A program made the translations under genes and the position numbers. Source: an uncultured delta proteobacterium (lineage in GTDB: Bacteria; Myxococcota_A; Polyangia; Polyangiales; Polyangiaceae). From it: a stretch of 64,000 nt of DNA. Each line of letters begins with the position of its first letter. The stretch's first letter is position 1. Below the pieces are notes generated by a model, which saw nothing but the letters and a program-made list of their open reading frames with translations, did no database searches and was not told the origin of the DNA. The stretch is from NCBI GenBank assembly GCA_963841435.1, contig CAWJCS010000001.1, positions 256,001 to 320,000 of the forward strand. Reading direction: 5' to 3'. Below are positions 59,267-64,000 of the stretch, piece after piece.

Positions 59267-61929
59267 GCGCCCTCCTCGCCGTCCGATTCGTCCGGCTCGT
59301 CCTCAGCTTCGAGGCCCGCGCTCTCTGTCACCACCGCCTCGGGATCCGTTGCTAGGTTTTCGAAGCTCTGCAAAAGGGCATCGATGAGCGCTTTTGGGTC
59401 GGGGAAGTCCACGAGGGTCCCCACAGTGTCCTGGCCCTCGCGGCGCACGAACCCGGCGCCGAGGATCTTCCCGAGCGCCTCGAAATCTTCGTAGCAGTAC
59501 TCCTCGAGGAGGGGGACGAGATCATCTCGAAACACGTCGAGGAAGCGTGAAGGGTCGGCGATGGGCCGGCCGGCATGCATGAGGTACGCGTGTCCGACTT
59601 GGAGATTTCGAGCGTCTCTCCCAACGTGGCTGACGATGCGTCGGTTGAGTTCGCGAAGCCACGCTCCCAGAGGCAAGTCGCCGACGACGGCGGAGCCCAG
59701 CGTGGCAGGGTCCGGCATCAGCTCCACGAACGCGAAGCGCCGACGCAGGGCCGTGTCGAGTAGAGCGATGGACCGGTCGGCCGTGTTCATCGTTCCCACG
59801 ACGAACACGTTCTTCGGTACCGAAAAGGTCTCCGTCGAGAGCGGGAGCGAACATTCTTTCCCACGCTTGTCGTGCTCGAGAAGGGTTAAGAGCTCGCCAA
59901 AAATCCGCGGCACGTCCCCGCGGTTGATCTCGTCGATCAAGAGGAAATACTCGTGGTTGGGATCTTCGCGTGCTCGGTCGCATAGGGAACGGAACGCACC
60001 CGGCTTCAGCTCAAACGCGACGCCGCCATCGGTTTTCACAGGGCGGTACCCTTCGATGAAGTCCTCGTAGCCGTACGCTGGGTGGAAAGTACACGTTGCC
60101 GAGGCCCCCGCCCGCTTTGCCTGCTCCGACTCCGCGGCGCTGACATCAGCGTGCGCCTTACCAAACCACGAGCGAGCAACCAGCTCCTGGATGGCCTCGG
60201 TGGCCCAATGCGTTTTGCCCGTTCCAGGCGGGCCATACAGAATGACTTGCCGCTTGCGCTGGAGAGCAGACTGGATGCGAGCGGGGATTCCGGAGAGCGC
60301 TGCTGGTGGACCGCTCCCAGCCTGTTCGAACGACGCAGGGACAGAGCGGGAAATGCGCGGCGCAGAGCCGCCGAGAAGCATCCGTTCGACGGCAACAAGG
60401 TTTGTCTGATGCTTGCCGAGCGGCCTGAACGTCGTGCGCAGGGCCTCCGCCGCTGGAAGGCGCCATTCAGACACGTTGCGCCACTCGACGGGGCGGCGGT
60501 GTGGGAAAGGTCCATCGCCGTCCTGAAAATGGTATCCCCCCGTGACGACCCCAATTCCGCGCACGGTCTGGCCGTTCATTGCGACGAAGACGTCGCGTTC
60601 GTGCGTGTTGACGACGAAATTGAAGACTTGCTGGTTGGTGCGGGTCACGACTCCCGCATCTCTTGGATAGAGTTCGGCCATGCGCGTTCGGAGCGCATCC
60701 TTTCCCTCCCTACTGGCGGGCACTTCTGACAGGTCTCCGAGCAACGGCCATCCGATCGCGCCAAACCCCCCGTCCCGCATTCGAGGCCACTCGTCCAGGT
60801 CATCGGACTTCGTGCCGATTCGCCAATATTCGTGCGGAGAGCCGTCGCGCTGGTTGAGAACGGCAGCCAGCTGATTCGGCGTTACGCCGAGCTCTCGCGC
60901 TGCCGTCACGAAGAAGGCGGCATTCGCGTAACGTCCGTCGGTCGGTACCTTCAGCAGCTTCCTCAGGTGGTAACGCTGGTAGGTCAACGCGTGGTAGTCG
61001 TCGAGGTAGCTCGGGTAGAGCAGTGAGAAGTACTTGTGCCCCCACGCCGTCTCGGCAACCGAGGGAGCGGCTTGGACCATGTGCTTCTGTAGTAGGTCGT
61101 ACGCGCGCGCCCCTGCACTCACAAAATCAGCCAGCACCGACGCTCCGCGAACGAGCTCGTCCCGCTGTTCCCGCACCTTGGCGACGGCGCCCGCCACGTC
61201 TAGCGGGACCTGCTTCAGCGAGCTACCCGTCCACCAGTCGCCCGTGTCAGAGGATTGGTAAATGCCGAACTTCAACGCGCTGCCGCCCGCGATACTCCCG
61301 AAGCGCGCAGGGAACTCTTCATCATCCTTGAACTCGAGCCAGTAAACCAAGCTGTCGCGGTTCGGCCTACCGTGCATCGTGGAGAGCAAGCGCTCGCCAT
61401 CCAACGACGCGAGCACCTCCGGACCAAACCGATCCCGAAAGCGGCGGTAGCACTCCGTCGCTTGCTCCGCGCGGAGCACGTTGCCATGAGCGCGCATGGT
61501 CTCGTAGCGTTCGAGAATGTCGTCGGCGACGCGAGGGTCAAGCGTGCCGGCCGCCTCGGGTTCGTCCTCGGAAGTATGCGCTTCGCCAAGCTCCGCGCGC
61601 GCCTTCGCGTGTTCCGCGAACACCGCACGCGCGTCGACGCTGGAGGTGGCTTTGCCTTTCTCCGTGAATGCCCAAACGCCGCGTGACGGATTTGTTAAAA
61701 GGTCGGCATATTTCAGGTACGTGCGAGCCCACGCAGCGCGGTAGGACGCCTCGCTCCGATCCGGGCGATCCATTTTGTGGGGGATCGCCAACACTTCGGG
61801 CGGCAGTTGCATCTCTGCCAGCGTGCGTTCATCGAGAGCCTGGAGATCGGCTTGGCCCCCGAGCGCCCGCAACGCTGCCAGAATCGGGTTCATGAAGTCC
61901 TGGATGACTGGGACTCGCTTGTTGATCAT
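59263..61929 (-). CDS. mcrB: McrB family GTPase with N-terminal Mrr_N domain and EVE/PUA-like central domain
   Basis: YGPPGTGKT, FHPAYGYEDFIEG, IDEINRG, GTMNTADRSI..D.ALRRRF; N-terminus PIL.AL..LGG...R.AWARTYLK...RGVW..TEKG. Confidence 0.93.
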   Translation of the reverse strand: MINKRVPVIQDFMNPILAALRALGGQADLQALDERTLAEMQLPPEVLAIPHKMDRPDRSEASYRAAWARTYLKYADLLTNPSRGVWAFTEKGKATSSVDARAVFAEHAKARAELGEAHTSEDEPEAAGTLDPRVADDILERYETMRAHGNVLRAEQATECYRRFRDRFGPEVLASLDGERLLSTMHGRPNRDSLVYWLEFKDDEEFPARFGSIAGGSALKFGIYQSSDTGDWWTGSSLKQVPLDVAGAVAKVREQRDELVRGASVLADFVSAGARAYDLLQKHMVQAAPSVAETAWGHKYFSLLYPSYLDDYHALTYQRYHLRKLLKVPTDGRYANAAFFVTAARELGVTPNQLAAVLNQRDGSPHEYWRIGTKSDDLDEWPRMRDGGFGAIGWPLLGDLSEVPASREGKDALRTRMAELYPRDAGVVTRTNQQVFNFVVNTHERDVFVAMNGQTVRGIGVVTGGYHFQDGDGPFPHRRPVEWRNVSEWRLPAAEALRTTFRPLGKHQTNLVAVERMLLGGSAPRISRSVPASFEQAGSGPPAALSGIPARIQSALQRKRQVILYGPPGTGKTHWATEAIQELVARSWFGKAHADVSAAESEQAKRAGASATCTFHPAYGYEDFIEGYRPVKTDGGVAFELKPGAFRSLCDRAREDPNHEYFLLIDEINRGDVPRIFGELLTLLEHDKRGKECSLPLSTETFSVPKNVFVVGTMNTADRSIALLDTALRRRFAFVELMPDPATLGSAVVGDLPLGAWLRELNRRIVSHVGRDARNLQVGHAYLMHAGRPIADPSRFLDVFRDDLVPLLEEYCYEDFEALGKILGAGFVRREGQDTVGTLVDFPDPKALIDALLQSFENLATDPEAVVTESAGLEAEDEPDESDGEEGA

Positions 61930-62279
61930 GGCCTTCCCCTAGGTAGCGCGGCGAGCGGTGCGCGGACGGATGCCGAATGCGCGAACCGCACACGGTAGCT
62001 CGCTTCCAGAAGCGTGATCAAGCGCGGGCCTCGGAGCGCTAGGGCCGTGACGCCCCCCATGAGCCCCTCGGTTTCATGCTGGACGCAGACGACGTGCGCG
62101 CTCGCGACGCGGTGTAGGTTCGTCATCATCTCAATCCCTGCCGCCACCTCCTCGAACTTCATACGCAGCCCCCCTGCCCGGGCGGCAAAATGTGCCCAGA
62201 CTCGTCTGAGGTTCGAATAGTCGCGCCCGGTGAGGGGTACGCTCAAGAGGTTTTTGGCCAACGCGCGGGGGTCGGTCAT
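61926..62279 (-). CDS. Small hypothetical protein translationally coupled to mcrB
   Basis: 117-aa ORF whose TGA overlaps the mcrB ATG. Confidence 0.45.
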   Translation of the reverse strand: MTDPRALAKNLLSVPLTGRDYSNLRRVWAHFAARAGGLRMKFEEVAAGIEMMTNLHRVASAHVVCVQHETEGLMGGVTALALRGPRLITLLEASYRVRFAHSASVRAPLAALPRGRP

Positions 62280-62326
62280 GCCGAGGCCCTTGCCTTGCGT
62301 GTCCGTTGCAGGTCAAAACCTCTGCG

Positions 62327-63472
62327 ATGGGCAAAAGCGTGCTCTTCGCCGTGGTGCTCGGCGCAGCCTGGCTCGCCTCATGCGAAACCCAGAGCGGCAG
62401 TGCGGCGGCCTCAAGCGATCAGGCGGGCGGCCGCGCCCGCGGCGGAACTACCGGCAGTGGCGCAACTGCGGGGCGCGGCGTCAATGTCGCGGGCGGTGGT
62501 GGCTCGGCGGACTCAGGCCCGCATTCGGGTGGCGCCGACGCAGGCGCCACGCTCGGTGACGACGGGGGTGAGCCCATCGGCGGCGCCGGGGCCACGACTC
62601 ACCAGGGCGGTAACGGTCCGACCGCGAACGGCGGCGAAGCCGGGGCACATCCAGCCGGTGACGCAGGAGCGGCGGGGGAGGCAGGAGCCGGCGCTGGCAG
62701 CCAGACGGTACGCATCGCCAGCTTCAACATCAGGGACTTCGGGCCAACGAAGGCGGGCAAGCCCGAGGTGATGCATCAGCTGGCCGAGATTATCCGCTCC
62801 TACCCCCTCGTGGCCGTGCAGGAGATCAGCGACGCGAGCCAGACCGTGCCGTACACGTTCCTTCAGGAGATCAACGCGACCGGCCGGCTCTATGACCTCC
62901 TGCTCAGCCCTCGAAGTGGCCAGCAGGCAGACGATCGGACGTACCAGGAGCAGTACGCGTTCTATTACGATACGCGTGCGATCGACGCGCTGTCATCTGG
63001 CGTCCTTTTCGACGACTCCGCGAACGACTGGTTCGTCCGTGAGCCGTACCTTGCGCGCTTTCGGGTCCGCGGCGGTGGATTGACGTTCGCCGCGCTGACG
63101 TTCCATGCCCAGCCCGACACCGCGGTCGCGGAGATCGGTCATCTTGACGAGGTGATGCGCTGGGCGTCGCAGACGTTCCCGGAGGAGGACGACTTGATCT
63201 TGCTCGGGGACCTCGACGCAGGGTGCACGTACGCCTCTCCGGCCGAGCTGGACGCGCTTCCCATCCGTGGTGAGGACTACGTCTGGGTGGTGCCGGATAG
63301 CGCGGACACGAACGTGGCAGCGTCGGTGTGCGCTTACGATCGCATCGTCGTGACCCGCAGGACGATCTCGAACCTGACGGGAGCGTGGGGCGTGGAGGAG
63401 GCGTTCACGGACAATGGCGTATCGGATCACTGGCCCGTTTGGGCAGAGCTGTGGGGTGACGAGCGAGACTGA
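62327..63472 (+). CDS. DNase I-like EEP lipoprotein
   Basis: LASC lipobox; IASFNIRDFG.TK, VQEI.D, EQYAFYY, F.REP, CAYDRIV, SDHWPV. Confidence 0.9.
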   Translation: MGKSVLFAVVLGAAWLASCETQSGSAAASSDQAGGRARGGTTGSGATAGRGVNVAGGGGSADSGPHSGGADAGATLGDDGGEPIGGAGATTHQGGNGPTANGGEAGAHPAGDAGAAGEAGAGAGSQTVRIASFNIRDFGPTKAGKPEVMHQLAEIIRSYPLVAVQEISDASQTVPYTFLQEINATGRLYDLLLSPRSGQQADDRTYQEQYAFYYDTRAIDALSSGVLFDDSANDWFVREPYLARFRVRGGGLTFAALTFHAQPDTAVAEIGHLDEVMRWASQTFPEEDDLILLGDLDAGCTYASPAELDALPIRGEDYVWVVPDSADTNVAASVCAYDRIVVTRRTISNLTGAWGVEEAFTDNGVSDHWPVWAELWGDERD

Positions 63473-63655
63473 TAGACTGATACACCTTGTCCAGGTCTCT
63501 CTAGTCGTGCGGTCCGAAATCCGGGGGGTCAGATGAGCTGCGTCCATCTGCACCGTTTCGTCGTCTGTCCCGTGCCAGCGGGAGCTCGCAGATGCCATTT
63601 CCTATCGTGCCCGCAGTGCACGCACGAGCCTGCGTCCGGTTGGCTGGTCATTGCA

Positions 63656-64000
63656 TCATCCTCCCGGTTTCGGTGCTCCCGAGCTCTTCGCCAATTGTTC
63701 TCGCGGAGCGTGCCTCGCCCCCTCCACATCCAGCACCCCCTCCACAATCAGCCTCCCCAACAAATCCTCCGGCAAACACCGGTCAAACTTCGACAACCGC
63801 CCTTTCGACGCGCCCACCGCGAACCGCGCAGCGTCTTCCTTCGTCGGCCCCTGCCGCTCCGCGATCGTTTCGATCGCCTGCCGCACCGCCACGACGCTCT
63901 CTCCCGCCTTCTCCTTGAACCGGATCGAGGTGTTCCCGCTCGTCACTTTTTCGCCGAGCTCCGCACCGAGCATCCGAGCGAGTAGCAGGTTCGCGCCGCC
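63656..64000 (-). CDS. C-terminal end of a probable Lhr-like (BrxHI-like) helicase, starting outside the window
   Basis: GGANLLLA...SKFDRCLPEDLL..L....LDVEGA resembles the C-terminus of that family, from memory; no core helicase motifs are visible. Confidence 0.45.
   Translation of the reverse strand, partial: GGANLLLARMLGAELGEKVTSGNTSIRFKEKAGESVVAVRQAIETIAERQGPTKEDAARFAVGASKGRLSKFDRCLPEDLLGRLIVEGVLDVEGARHAPREQLAKSSGAPKPGG

Noticed and set aside
63529-63747. Small ORF with CVHCGH as a heme- or Zn-binding peptide
   Set aside because: Short, overlaps another gene end, not a true CxxCH motif, and has no other support.
1-64000. Many long alternative-frame or antisense ORFs (e.g. 15660..17897, 42158..43792, 42604..44613, 52630..54129)
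   Set aside because: Arg/Pro/Ala-rich or antisense shadows of well-supported genes, expected at high GC.
1-64000. tRNA or rRNA genes
   Set aside because: None recognised by eye; no covariance search was possible.

Overview
GC-rich (roughly 70%, by eye) bacterial DNA with hallmarks of Myxococcota/Polyangiaceae: many Gly-rich-linker, Cys-rich lipoproteins, a Hanks-type kinase-TPR-lipoprotein operon and an FHA-GGDEF protein. The first 27 kb is accessory metabolic and surface genes: P450, HTTM protein, AI-2E transporter, a duplicated CxxCH lipoprotein, a large CBM-bearing surface protein, a di-heme peroxidase and a sterol desaturase. From about 26 kb on the window looks like a defence island. 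It holds a Uma2 nuclease, four toxin-antitoxin loci whose toxins are all broken, a SauUSI-like PLD-helicase-DUF3427 enzyme, Mrr_N-McrB plus McrC, IS630 and IS66 with readable ends, and the end of an Lhr/BrxHI-like helicase. Two unassigned, translationally coupled operons are the best candidates for undescribed defence systems: DUF559 nuclease + wHTH-like protein + double (AAA and HerA/FtsK-like) ATPase at 28842-33952, and unknown protein + ART-like protein at 46135-47687. Many 1-bp frameshifts, and recurrent GTCGAC->GTCAAC/GTTGAC changes at conserved Asp codons, suggest long-read consensus error and host methylation of GTCGAC. All family calls come from motif recognition by eye; no searches were run.
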